A stretch of DNA of 62,026 nucleotides, the filler included, from Rhabdomonas costata (Eukaryota): NCBI GenBank assembly GCA_019059605.1. It is 26 parts of 26 records of this genome, joined end to end, with 100 filler letters (N's around TTAATTAATTAA, not from the genome) between each part and the next. Parts side by side here need not be neighbours in the genome. Positions count along the whole stretch, not along the records: positions 1 to 2,289 come from JAHMHO010004253.1; positions 2,390 to 4,678 come from JAHMHO010004254.1; positions 4,779 to 7,067 come from JAHMHO010004255.1; positions 7,168 to 9,456 come from JAHMHO010004256.1; positions 9,557 to 11,845 come from JAHMHO010004257.1; positions 11,946 to 14,234 come from JAHMHO010004258.1; 20 more parts are not named here. One strand, written 5' to 3'. The first letter of the stretch is position 1. Each line of letters starts with the position of its first letter. A program made the position numbers and the translations under genes. Shown one piece after another: positions 1-12,102 of the stretch. Below the pieces are notes generated by a model, which had not been told where the DNA came from, did not search any database, and was given only the letters and a program-made list of their open reading frames with translations.

Positions 1-216
1 TTTGTTGTTGTAATGATAATGATAATGATAAAAATATTGGTCTGTCTTTGCAAGATCGAGCTGTAAAACTGGAAAATGAAGAGCAAAAGATTACTTGTTT
101 CATAAAATCCACGCCGGCCGGTACCGTACAGATATAAATAGCCGACGGCTTGGCCGCCACGCAGGCGAAAGCCCAAAGTATAAACCAATAGAAGAGCACA
201 GCGAGGTGAAGGACAC

Positions 217-1764
217 CCCCCGAGAAGGTCCTAAGACTGCCAATACCGCGGCAGAGGGGAGCCACATCATGCTCAGCAGTGCCGAATCGTTTAGGCAGGC
301 CCCGTCGGTAATCTGCCGCCCCATGTTGTCCACAATGGGGCGACAGAATACTGTGTCGCCGTGGAGTCCACCGTGCATCACCCGCCTGGTCTCCTCCGCT
401 ACTTCGTCCGCAACAAAGGGAGGAACCTAATAAACGTTCAGACATGCATAAGAGCACCTGAGCATCTCCTTGAAATTCCGGGCTCTTTTTCACTTCGTGG
501 CCTGGGCGGTGGCGTAACACTGTAACACTTGCTTCAGGGGTTCGGTAGTTCCCAGCCTCGTCTACCTTCTCAGGTGGTGTTTTCTGGTGTCTAGTGAAGT
601 GTTAAGTTTGGTATCTTGTTGGTGTTCCATCGCTTTCCCGGGCGGTGTTAGATCATTCTAGTGCACTCCCGTTGATTTCTTGCCACTGAACCCTTGGACT
701 TGAGCTACCTTCCACCTGCTTTGCTGCCTCTCATTTCCCGGGTCGCCGTTGCGAGTTTCCAGTTCCACGTTTGTACGGCTCACTGTATTCACTGTCTTTT
801 TATGGGCTCATCTTGTTATAATAATAGAGACAAACACAATTACAACTCCCTTCCCGCTTCTTTCCGAGCTCCTACCGCGTGGTGATCATTGCACAGTGAA
901 CAATTGTTTGTGTGAACGGGAGCTCCCCAGGAGATCCCGTTGAGACTGGAATACCAAAGGGATTGAAAAAGCACATACGAACGGGCAGATGCTTTTTCGC
1001 CCCTGTGCATTTTACATATCTTTGTTTTTACGAGCAATCCTTAAAGGCAGCAGGCGCTCCCGCACACCGGGATGGCTGGCTGTGCCAGAAATGCGAAGAG
1101 ATATTCTTCGTGTGCAGTCCTTTTTTTTTTTATTTCCTATTATTGAGTTAACGCCCGTCGCAGGTCGTCCAATACACACATGGGGATGGGAGGAATCTTC
1201 TCAATTCTCACAATTCTCACGTGTTCGCATTCTTAAGAATATCATCATTAATTGCCCTCCGCATCCAAGCAGCTCACTCGGCTTTGAACTGTTTCCCGAG
1301 GTGGCCCGTCTTCGTTCGTTCGTTCGTTTTTTGAAATTATTCCGGCCCATTTAAAAACGTTCTTTCCTTGATGTATCAGCCGCTTGTGTCCACTCGCTTT
1401 TCTCCCATAGCCTCCTGCTCGTGCTGCTGCTCTTATCTGGTAGCTGGACATCCGTAGCAGTTCTCGTCCTTTCAGCGTGACACTCAAGTAGGTCATCCTC
1501 AAGAAGACAGAAGCCACAAAAAAACATAGCCAATGTTGCAGCCACGCACCACGAAAGAGAACTCGTTCAGTGCGACAATGCCGTCCTCCCATCCAGGCCA
1601 CCAGGTCCGCGGCCCGTTGGGACCCACGTACTCCGAGAAGGTACGGTTCAGCACAAGCTGGGCGAGCGGGGTGTACAGCGCGCCCCAGTTGTACGTCGCG
1701 GAGACCAACACTGACTCTCCGACGACAATACGGTAGTCCGAGGAATAGCCCGTGCTCATCATTC
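217..1764 (-). CDS. BMP/PnrA-family (basic membrane protein, PBP type 1) domain protein, two internal exons (1764-1550, 426-~217)
   Basis: Spliced in phase at GTG|gtgcgt...ttattag|GTT, giving GYSSDYRIVVGESVLVSATYNWGALYTPLAQLVLNRTF...WWPGWEDGIVALNEFSFV|VPPFVADEVAEETRRVMHG...VFCRPIVDNMGRQITDGACLNDSALLSMMWL. This follows the BMP C-terminal pattern (GY.SD...VLTS..wNWG..Y...G..DG.V.L..f...VP..V...VF.GPI.DN.G...L.D..LL.M.WL). Confidence 0.8.
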
Positions 1765-2289
1765 CTTGCAAATGGAGAAGACACAAAGGGAAGTGGCGAT
1801 TGCCCACTTATCATCACCGGCCGTGTCGCAGGTCAACACCCATCGCGAAAGAGCTTGAGGAGCAGAAGAGAGCAGTTCTTAATCGAGAGTCTTGTTGTAT
1901 ATCAAAATATATAAGCTCCTGCAAACTTCCTAAACATATTTAAGATACGTTTATCGTGTTTGGGAATACAGCTCGGGGGTTTCAGAGTTCTGGTTACATG
2001 ATGTTGCTGGAGAAAGTGCCATTCTTTGTTTCAAAGTCTGTGAGCTACAAGTGGTCTTTGTGCACGAGGGTATGGCTGAATGGAGAGAAAACAGCCAACT
2101 TCAACGTGACGAGCATCTCTTAAACGCCATCCTTAAACTTGTTGATGGCTCTCGTTCCTTGCCATGTCGCAACACAATGCCGATGGGTACCCCAGTGATA
2201 CTGGGACAGCACACCCAACAACGTTCGCTAATAAATACATGAACACCCACCCCCTCCCCCCTCCAAAAACAACCAACCACACCCAACAC

Positions 2290-2389
2290 NNNNNNNNNNN
2301 NNNNNNNNNNNNNNNNNNNNNNNNNNNNNNNNNTTAATTAATTAANNNNNNNNNNNNNNNNNNNNNNNNNNNNNNNNNNNNNNNNNNNN
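2290..2389. other. Artificial contig-joining spacer (first of 25)
   Basis: 44 N + TTAATTAATTAA (stops in all six frames) + 44 N. It recurs about every 2.39 kb, starting at 4679, 7068, 9457, 11846, 14235, 16624, 19012, 21400, 23788, 26179, 28566, 30954, 33341, 35728, 38114, 40497, 42883, 45270, 47656, 50042, 52428, 54880, 57265 and 59651. Confidence 0.99.
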
Positions 2390-3264
2390 TTTGGTGAGGG
2401 TGTGGGAATACTGTTGTGTGTGAAGACACAGTTCACTGGTATGTTGCGTTGTTGCTGTTGTCGTTGGGCGTGTTTGAGGGTTCTCGTAATCCTTTTCTGC
2501 CGTTCTGGGGTTCCGCAGTTCTGCGGAACTGTGAAACTGAAGTTGATGTGACTGAGCTGGCTGTCCGGTCGCACACCAGAATACCAAGGGGAAGAAGGCA
2601 ACACCATTCTCGTTGGCATGGCACTGGAATTATCTGGGTTGCCTTATTGCGGGTTGACTTATTATCTACAAAGGTGTGGTGGTGCTCCAGTTCTTGATGG
2701 TTCAAGCTCAAGAACTCCACCCATTGACGAATTTGTTGTAAGACTACTGTTGCTACGTTGCAAATGCTAGAAGGCAACACCATGTCCCATAATTATTCGC
2801 AACAAACTTTGCCAACAAGGTGTGCGGAGAGGCCAAAAACCTCAAAATTTTCTTGACCATCACCCCCGCGGCCAAGCCTGCCTTACAGGAGGCAAAAGGT
2901 CGATTTCTATTACAAATCTTTCACCTCAGTTTCTTTTTACAATTTCACTTCAATTTCAATACAATTATCGTTAACATCCAAAAACGAGTCAGGGCAGAAG
3001 CGCACAGAGTGTTCAGTGTCCGCGCAAAAGGTAAAGAAGGAAAAGGACTGGAAAAAGCGTGGAGTGAGGTCAAGTCATCATAGAGGGAAAAAGTGACGAA
3101 AAAAAGCAGAGAACCGGTGCCGTGGATGTGCTGTGATTCACAAGGGGGAAAGTAACAAGTGCGCCCGGGAAGACAAGAGTAGTAAATGATTTGTGAAGCA
3201 TTCTCCTTGTTTTAAGGGATTAAAATCCTCGGTTTCGGCTTCAGCCCCACGAGAGATGCTTCAC

Positions 3265-3814
3265 CCTCAGCTCCAGGTAAAGTCACAGCCATCGCAAGCT
3301 TGCATGTAAGGTTCTCTGGGTATGGTACTGTCAGCACAAGGCACGTTCTTTTTCGCTTTTGCTCTTTTGCCCGTCATACAGCTGCGACTGTCACCGATGT
3401 GACCGATCGCACGATGAGAATTTATGAACCCATGAAGAGTGTGATAAGATCCAGTGCGACGCACCTCGTTCAGTAGATGGGAGTTTCTCTTTCTGGTCTC
3501 CACCTTAAGAGCCACACGAAGGTCTTGGGAGTCGTCTTCAAGCCGGGCGACGTAAACCTTACCATTGTTCCCAGAGCACAACTTATGCAAGGTTTCCCAG
3601 CAGCCGAAGACGTCGCCTGTGTAGCAACTACTAGAAGAGCTGCTGCTGCACGACTCAGTCTCGTACTCGGACTCGGTGTGCTGCCCGCAGGCATCACCCG
3701 CACGCGGAATCTTTCCTTCGACAGAGCGCTCAGAGCAGGCAAGTGAACGTCTTTCAGTCCTTCCAGCAGCGGGCTGGACACTGGAAGCAGGAAGCCCCTC
3801 TTCCGCACCATAAT
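3265..3814 (-). CDS. Casein kinase 1-group protein kinase, N-lobe fragment (exon 3814-3465; probable small exon ~3298-3265)
   Basis: Open exon between ttgcag| and |gtgcgt encodes ...GDVFGCWETLHKLCSGNNGKVYVARLEDDSQDLRVALKVETRKRNSHLLNE. VALKVE...HLLNE is the CK1/TTBK-type subdomain II-III signature. The next candidate exon reads LAMAVTLPGAEG. Confidence 0.7.
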
Positions 3815-4890
3815 CTGCAAGGGTACAAAACTGGGTGAAACAACAGAGACCAACACTGCGATGACCTCATTACACCACGGGATGCTGCAACATTACATAA
3901 AAGCAAACAGCAAGACAAAGCACCGACCAAGTTTCCGCCTCTTCGCTTGCGGGTGTTCCTCATCTCTTTCTTCACGAGAACGTTCCATTTGCGACAAAAG
4001 CAGGAATTGGTAGCTGATGAGAAGAAAGTGCCCTGCGCTCCTCATCAGCGATAGGGAGTCTGTGACAAAACAAACGCCTTAACATAATGACATTTCAATT
4101 TTTTTATTTACAAAAAGCTCTTTAGAGGGCTTCGCAGCTTCTGTTGGGGCTCCCTCCTTGGCTTTGAGCTTCTCGTTCCACGAAACCCCTGCGAGCTGGT
4201 CACTGCATGCTTCGCGAACTAACTAACCAAGCCGTCGATTTCCGACCCAAGAACAACCTTTCTGCCCCGCTGCTGGCAATTCATCGATTTCCGTAATTCA
4301 CCTTGACCAGATACGCAGTCAGCCAGTAAGGAACGCCGCATGCGAACTAATGCCCTACTGCCGTAGAATCTCGCATGCTTGGCAACCTCCACTTTGAACT
4401 CCGAACTGCAACCTTGCACCACCCTTGACCTTGCTGGATTTGGCAACATCATGATACCCATGATCCTGATGATGATGCGCTGATGATGATTTCCCTATAA
4501 CACGCCTAGACAACGAATTTCGTAAAATTATGCCTCGGCACTTCACAATAACACGTGTTAATATTCATTAACTGCCTCATTTTTCGCTTGATCGGAAGGC
4601 GAAATTACATGTTTGGCCCAACGCAATGCTTTGAATTTTTTTTTGGATCGGACTATTCCAAAGTTCCAAAAAAAAACANNNNNNNNNNNNNNNNNNNNNN
4701 NNNNNNNNNNNNNNNNNNNNNNTTAATTAATTAANNNNNNNNNNNNNNNNNNNNNNNNNNNNNNNNNNNNNNNNNNNNGGTGTGGTGTTTCAGCATGTCC
4801 TGCGCACGTGTGCACTGAACATGCTGAGACACCAATTGTGCCCACCCACCCGCTCACATCGTTCCCTTTGCCCTCTCTCCCATCCACAAG

Positions 4891-4986
4891 GTCAATCCCG
4901 AGGATGAGGAGGGGTCCAAGGCCAAGGGGCCCCGTGAGAGGGACACCGGGGAGCAGGTCGAGGTGGAGGCCGAGGTGTGCCTCTGA
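4891..4986 (+). CDS. Probable terminal exon of an unknown gene (VNPEDEEG...EAEVCL*)
   Basis: Pyrimidine tract + cacaag acceptor, GC3-rich codons, 96 nt ending in TGA. Confidence 0.45.
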   Translation, partial: VNPEDEEGSKAKGPRERDTGEQVEVEAEVCL

Positions 4987-6475
4987 GGCGCAGCTGTCCC
5001 TTTTCTCCTTTCATGATGCGTGTGCGCCTTATCGACCTTCCTACGCTCTCGTTGGGGTGTTGCGGGATAGGGGCGGTGTGAGACTTCCACTTTTTTGTTC
5101 TTGTGTGTATTTGTGGCGATTGTTGATGCATTTAAATGGGAAGGATGTGAAGCGGGTGTGCCTTGGTTGGTCTTGCCTCCTCTGCGTACCTGTCGCTTCT
5201 AGGTGGTGCAGCGTAAGAATGTTCATTGTATGTTGTGTGGAAGCAGAAGGGAAGGAAGCGGCCGAAGCGCAGCAACCCAGACAGCACCGGTCGCGACAGC
5301 GGTAGTCTCAGGATGTCTTCGGACTATCCCCTCCCCCCGCTCACACAGAGTGCTTTTTATTGCGCAAGTTTCCGCCACTGCCTGTCGTTCCATTTTTGCG
5401 TATGTATCTGAATGTTTGCGTTGATGTTAGGGAGACGGAGATACTGCCCCTGCTGACGCGGAAGCCGCCGAAAAAGACGAGAAGGGAGGCACAGGCGGCA
5501 AGCACGGCAAGGATGGTGACGATGCGCCCGAGTAGCGCGGGCACTTCTAAACTGGGCGTGGGAGGCTCGCCTCACTTGAAGTTTCATATGCCATTTCCCT
5601 CTCTTCTGTCACCTCACTCCCACACATCTCACCGATCTTCTGGGGTTTCCCTCCAGGAGGCCTCGTTCGGTCTCTCATTGCTGTACTTTTGCCTTCTGCG
5701 CGCTCCTCATTGACGCTGCCACGTGGACGGCTGAGTTCGAGAAAGACAAAGGGTGATCAAACCTCACCACTGTTCCGCCCTTTCCGCATCGTGTGGATCC
5801 GTCAGCTCGAGCTTTTGTTTCTTCATGGGTTTGGTGGAAGGGAGTTCTCTTGGCCTTACTATGGTGCGATTGTGGAGAAGTTCTCCACTGCAATCCACAT
5901 CTGATGTAGCGGCATCAGCTTGTGGTTAAATTGTTACTCCTACCTTGGATTCTCCTCCACGCACACTCACAGACCGGCAGGTCAGGGGAGGACTTGAGCT
6001 TACCAGCGACCAGCGGACAGTATCGAGTTGTTTTTTGATGGTCCACAGTGGCTTGTAAACCCTATGAAGGCGAAATATGTCCAAGGGAGCAATCGTTATG
6101 CTGTGTGCGCGCGCGTGAAAAACTGATCCGTGCTTGTCAACTGGTGAAACGATTGCATTGCATTTCTTTTGCAAGTGGTTTTGTTTTGAACGAGGAAGAA
6201 GAGGAAGAGATGGAAGGTTTGGTTGAAGGATACCAAAAAAAGAGGATTTAGTGGTAGTGGTAGTGGTAGTGGGGTGTGTGGGCATGGGTAAAAATACGAA
6301 AGAGCCAGAGCAATGAGCGATAGACCTGCCGCATTGCCAGAAAGCACGTGCATGAGCATATTCAATGACCACCCCCCTTCATTTCCCTTCTTAGATAGGG
6401 TTGTTCATTTGAGCCCTGAAGGCAAGTGTGCTGCGAGTGTTCCTCTTGTGAAGGTTTGGACTGCAAGCTGCAAAA

Positions 6476-6919
6476 ATGGAGGTCGACCCCTTCCTGCTGC
6501 CTCAGCCTGGGGGAGACCCTCCGTTGTTGAGGCCGCGCAAGGTGGACCTCTCTGGAGTGGCGGCGTACGTGGAGCTGTGGTGGGAGCATCTCAGGAGCCT
6601 CCGCCGCGCTGGCGGCAGTGGGGAACCTCAGGGGGCGATTGCCTCTTCCTCCGCAGCGTTCGCCGCGGCCTCCAGCTCTGCAGGGCTCCTGGATCCTGCC
6701 GCTGCTGGACCAGTGCTTCAGTCACACGCTGCCATTTCGCCGTTTTCAGAATGGGTCACTGCACCACAGACTGACTCATTGCCTTCCTATCCCACAACTG
6801 CTGTCGGCACCGAACCTCTAGCATTCGCCGTCGGTGTGTCTCAGGGTCAGGCTCATTTCCCGAGTGATGCAGAGAAGAGGAGCACCTCCTCTTTTACTTG
6901 CAGAGCAGTCGCCACCTGA
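6476..6919 (+). CDS. Hypothetical protein, probable 5' exon
   Basis: ATG in AAAATG context followed by GC-rich coding-like sequence (MEVDPFLLPQPGGDPPLLRPRKVDLSGVAAYVELWWEHLRSL). The 3' boundary is uncertain and no family is recognised. Confidence 0.4.
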   Translation: MEVDPFLLPQPGGDPPLLRPRKVDLSGVAAYVELWWEHLRSLRRAGGSGEPQGAIASSSAAFAAASSSAGLLDPAAAGPVLQSHAAISPFSEWVTAPQTDSLPSYPTTAVGTEPLAFAVGVSQGQAHFPSDAEKRSTSSFTCRAVAT

Positions 6920-7167
6920 AATACCCCGCCCCCGAAAAAAGGTTGTCATTTGACACTTCTGCTATTCTGCTATTGCTACCCGAACCGTCACCCAAGTTAA
7001 GTGCTGGAAATCGAAAGAAAAGGGCCTGGGGCAGCCTCAGGCTCTGGTTCAAACTCAAACCCCACAANNNNNNNNNNNNNNNNNNNNNNNNNNNNNNNNN
7101 NNNNNNNNNNNTTAATTAATTAANNNNNNNNNNNNNNNNNNNNNNNNNNNNNNNNNNNNNNNNNNNN

Positions 7168-8361
7168 GGGGGGTTGTAGTTGACGGCGTAAAACGTGAAC
7201 GCGGTGAAGGGGCTGAAGAAGGCGTTGAGCGTGGGCACGAAGACCACCCCATTACCTGGATTTGTCACTGCAGTCCCAGGCTGGGTGATGGGGGCGCCGG
7301 CCTCTCCTGCTTCGACCTGGAAGAGCTGCCCATTGACAGGAACAGAGTTGATCACTGCAACCACAGGATTCCCGTCAAGGTCGGTGATGGTGCAGCCAAT
7401 CTGAGCAAGCAAGCAAGCACGACAATTTGCTTCCAGTGACAACCCGAAGCTGAGTTATTGCATCTATCCGCTCTCTTCCGGTGTATGGAGGGTGCACTTC
7501 TGAACTTTGAACTTCTCCTGTTTGTCACTTGGTTATATCAGCAAGGTATTACTTGCGTATGAAAAATCAGAAGTGGGGCATTACGTGCCGCAGGTCTACC
7601 GCAGAAAACCGAACTTCAGAAGAGCAAAGGGACCCACTGGCAATAAAAAAGAGAAGGAAAAAGGAAAGACATCGTCCAACCGCATAGTCCGAAAAAAACC
7701 CAACAAAAACTGCCAACCATAATGTTGGTGTTCTCGCTGCCCACCACTGTGACAGGAACGGCAACGGGCGCGTGGTCCTGCCGCAGCTGCACCACGAACT
7801 GCCCCAACGTGCTCCACCCGTTCTCGTACACCACGGTGAAGTTCACCACGTCCCCAGGGAACGTGCCCTGCACAGGGCTCTCGTACTGCACCACAGAGCT
7901 CGCACTGAGGTTCAGGGGCAGCGAGGCCGCGGTCACGGCGAGCCCGTCCACGTACAGCTGGCCCTGGCTCGGCAGGGGGGCCACCAGCTGCACCATGGAG
8001 TACCGCGCGTCTGGGGAGCAGCTCGAACTCGTGCAAAGCGGCAGAGTCAGGCGGCTACCCGGGATGTACCCCACCATCATCGAGGGCACCGGTGGGGCCC
8101 ACACCCGAGGCACATAGGAGCTGCGGTAGGGCACATCCCATGGCGTGCACGAGAGCTCAGGGAAGGTGGTGATCGAGAGAAGCTCCAGGGAGTAGTTCTG
8201 GGCGGAGGCGGTGAAGGTGGAGGGGCTGAGGTCGTTGAAGTGCCACTGCACCACAAGGCCAGGCGTGTCCTCCGGGGCGGTGGCGTTGATGTACTGGCGG
8301 ATTTCTGTGGCGCTTCGGGTGGTGTTCCAAAGACGAAGTTCGTCCAGGTGTCCCATCCAAG
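7168..8361 (-). CDS. Extracellular protein with LamG/pentraxin-like domain followed by Ig-like (tandem-95/Big_9-like) repeat; exons 8361-7718 and 7400-contig end
   Basis: WMGHLDELRLWNTTRSATEI...GLVVQWHFND is the LamG-like C-terminal motif. DHAPVAVPVTVVGSENTNIM|IGCTITDLDGNPVVAVINSVPVNGQL...VVFVP...FTFYA matches cadherin/Ig-like repeats. Canonical in-phase GT-AG junction and strong GC3 bias. Confidence 0.75.
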
Positions 8362-10059
8362 CTGGGGAGCAAGGGAAGAAGGACAAAGGCCTGTTCCGTT
8401 GTAATGTGCTATGTTACGGATATGACTGCGTTACCAGTGTGCTATGAGATAGTTATACTAGGAATACGAGTGCTACCAGATATTGGTTTTGGAGCCACTG
8501 TCATGCTTTGGAAACCACTTGTGGCCGTTACTGCGAAGCTGGGAAAAGAGGTGGGAAAGGACAAAAGGACAGCAGAGTAAGTGCAAATAAATCGCGCTCT
8601 TGTTGGAATTGGTGCGGACGGAGACCGATCAGAGGGAAAGAAAGAGCCGCTTTGTTTTCTGAGATGATGATACGCAAACGTATCCCGACTGGTCGAGTGC
8701 TGTAAGTCAGGGCAGGTTCTGAAATCGAGAACAATGAATGAGAGAAATAATTCAGCACCAACTTCAAGGTTAATTTTCAGGCCAATTGCATGGCAAATGC
8801 GCGCTATCGATTCACACAACTCGGAGGCCTGATTGCGATACACACATTTCGTGCACTTGGTCAGGTCGAGCTTTCTCGGGGGAGGGGGGGCATGGGGCCA
8901 TCGGGCCTCAACCCCTTCTGCTTCTCTGTACCCTGTTGCGCCTCGCTGACTCACGCTCCTTGCCCTCTGCCCTCGGGGGCCGATAATGTGCGGGGAGCCA
9001 TGAGACGCACCCAACTGCTGGCGCGTTTAGAGCGCAATTCATGGGTGCCCAACTCTTCGCACTCCTACACCCCGGCTGATCTAAACTTCCCCCGCGCGGA
9101 CTTCGGTAGGCCTAGGACCTCACCAGCTCACGGATACCGTTGCCAGCACTGAGCCTTTGTGCTCCCCTTCGCTCTCCAGCACTCCTTCTCGCCAGCTTGG
9201 CGCGGTCGCCTTGGTCCCCTGCCTATTCGGGGTCCTCGCTCTGATTCTGATATTCTGTAGCTTTCCCTCCTGCTAATCTTAATTGCTTGATATCTGCCAT
9301 TGGTTTCCAGGTCGACCGCGTCCATTCTTGCCCGTGGTCCCCTCCGATGTCGGTAACTCCGCTGTTTTACTACCGTTCCTATCAGTTCAAAACGAGAGAA
9401 TGAGTTCAAACTCACTCATATCTGCGGTGTCACCGTTCTGCCTTTTAACCCAAAACNNNNNNNNNNNNNNNNNNNNNNNNNNNNNNNNNNNNNNNNNNNN
9501 TTAATTAATTAANNNNNNNNNNNNNNNNNNNNNNNNNNNNNNNNNNNNNNNNNNNNTGCCACACTCCCTCATTTCCTTCAACTTAACCCACGGCCCCGAC
9601 CCCATTCGTTTTTCCTTCTTCACTCCCACACCCCCTGATACTGTGCATTTTCTTCTCTCAGTCTTTGAACCCACCTGTAATTTATTGTATTGTTTTTCGC
9701 CAGAACAATTGGCACCCCGTTTGTGCGGGCATGCCTTGCATTGTTGTCATTGAATACCAGCTTTCCTTGCTCTTTGAACACAACATGTGCCTCTCTGCCT
9801 CTTCAATCGTACCTCTAAGTGACTCGCTTGTGATTCACAGTTTCTCTACTGCACAGGCCATTCTACGCTGAAGAGTTATTGCTGCTACCGTGACCTTTTT
9901 TTACCCCCCCCCCAAAAAAAAAGGAGCAACGAGAAAAAGGGCGCAGGCTCTTCCCTTGGGGTGAGGTCAGTAATAGAGTCCGCGACAGCAGTGACCTCCC
10001 CAAAAACTCCAGGACAAAATCAGCGGGGTGAGGGGATGGGATCCACAATCCTTGCACAC

Positions 10060-11531
10060 CTTGGGGAAAAGCTTTTTCTACCTCTTCTGGAAAGCCAGGC
10101 ATAACCCAACCTGAGTCAAGAAGAAAGGAAAACTGAAGTACAAGAACGAAGAACAACGATGTGCAGATGTGCAGCAAATGAAAGGGATCCCATATTTGGG
10201 TGGTGCTCCATACACTACCCAAAAAAATCACCACCACAAAAATTCACACAAGCACTGGGAGCCCAGACCTTAAAAATACATTTTCAAATGATTTTCCGTT
10301 AGCGCAGGAGCGTCAGGAGTCTCCCTGCGCAAGCTCCTCATAGTCTGGCGTTCTTTCGCGCCATACATGGGATGAGAGGGTTGGAGGCCGGGAAGAGCAG
10401 CAAGCATTCGCTAACTTCAGATTTGTCACAATTTTTTTTGGATAAGGAAGTGGGACAACACTGGGGAAAGCGGATGGTGAGGGGGCGGGGGTTCTCGCAG
10501 TTTGCACATTCCATTGCTGAGTTCATTTCAGTGGCACTCATGCACAACAAGAAATAACGGTGAAACGGCAGCTGAAGAAAATAGTGAACTGGGTGGGAGA
10601 ATATAGACCATCATGCTTCGCGTAGAAAAAGGCGACATTGCGCTCGTGGCGGATGAAAAACGCGCTCAGTTCGGAGGGCATGTCAAAAATAGAGCGGAAC
10701 TCGTCGTACGACATTTGAACCGAGTTAAGGAACGTCTCAAACCTGAGGCAGTTTGGAGGGCATGAAAGCGCAGATGTGTTTCGTTTTATTACCGATCCAC
10801 TCAAGGGTTGAAGTTGATATCATGTTCTAAGTGCAGGTTTCATAACTTTTCACGTATAAGAATGGGTTTTGAAAGCCCATAACCATGCCAGCGGAGTGGA
10901 AAGTCAAACTCATATAAACAGGTAGCCCCGACACGGAATCAATCCCAAGGTCTGGTGTCATTGGTGCACACACATAAAGAGACCCATTGGATTTAGAGAA
11001 GACCGTGGGCAAGGTTTGGCGCCGGATACGTAATGTACAATTTCAATGAGGGGTGTGATGCCAAGTATTTCATCGAGAGTGGTTTACGTTTTACATTCAC
11101 CACCTGAACACCGCCACCTTTACGTGCTTATGTATTGCGACAACATACAAGTGGCTGATTACTGTTTGTTACATTTGAGGGCAGAGTGAGCTTCAGCCTA
11201 AACCTGGCGGCCATTGCTGAGCCATGGGGCACGTCGCAGTTGGCTGCATGTTCTATCCCTAATGGCCAGTCTACGTGAAAAGGACACAACAAACCGAGGC
11301 ACATGCGGGGCGATCCGGCAGTAGTCCCGAGCACGGGTGATGCAGCGAATCCTCTCCAGCCTCCGGACCACAGCGCTAGTCACTGCAAGAGGCATGAGGT
11401 ACCCCAACAGCCCCGCCGCCCAGGACAGCAAGGTCCGCACCACGGGCCTCACAAGGAATCGAGTTGTCCACGTGGCGTGAGGTGTGCTTCCCACGTGCGT
11501 CAGCACAGGAAAAAGCAGATAAAGGTTTCCC
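10060..11531 (-). CDS. LDAH: Lipid droplet-associated hydrolase (alpha/beta hydrolase, DUF2305) fragment; exons 11531-11295, 10742-10609, 10110-10060
   Basis: Three phase-compatible exons give LYLLFPVLTHVGSTPHA...RIAPHVPR|FETFLNSVQMSYDEFRSI...NVAFFYAKHD|GWVMPGFPEEVEKAFPQ, matching the LDAH motifs LLFPT...SPNG, N...M...E and FYYG..D.W.P...E.....FP. Confidence 0.75.
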
Positions 11532-12102
11532 CTTCACGCCCCACCGCAAGGAAAGGCATGGGGTCACGGGATGGCGTCTAGACCACGGGGTATTTCCAAT
11601 TATTAAAGGTATTATTTTTTGCATCTCCAAAAATGAGTTATGAGAGATCGACCCCCGCCCCCCATTGAATTCACAAAGATCCAGAGCAGGCACGTGCGTT
11701 TTTTATACTTTCGGCGGGTTGCCGTTTCGCTTCATTTCTGCCATTCAATTCTGACGTCGGAGGCGAAAGATACCACTGCTCTGAATGAGAGATATGAGGG
11801 TGATCTCCACAAGGCCACAATCCTATCCAATCACAAAGGCAAATCNNNNNNNNNNNNNNNNNNNNNNNNNNNNNNNNNNNNNNNNNNNNTTAATTAATTA
11901 ANNNNNNNNNNNNNNNNNNNNNNNNNNNNNNNNNNNNNNNNNNNNGTGTTGGGTGTGTGTGGGGTGTGTGGGTGTCCAATGGATAGTATGCTTAAACGAT
12001 TAACGTCCCTCCCCAGCCCCATATAATTGTACCCAACCCAAACAAATTGTGGTGCGGTCGGAAAAGACAATCGCAAGCATCCCTCGGGGGCTCACAACGT
12101 AC

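Noticed and set aside
2240..2410. C/A-rich contig ends and G/T-rich contig starts resembling telomeres of nanochromosomes
   Set aside because: No fixed repeat unit, and contigs break mid-gene and mid-exon. This is best explained by assembly breaks and noisy read ends at poly-G/C or (GT)n tracts.
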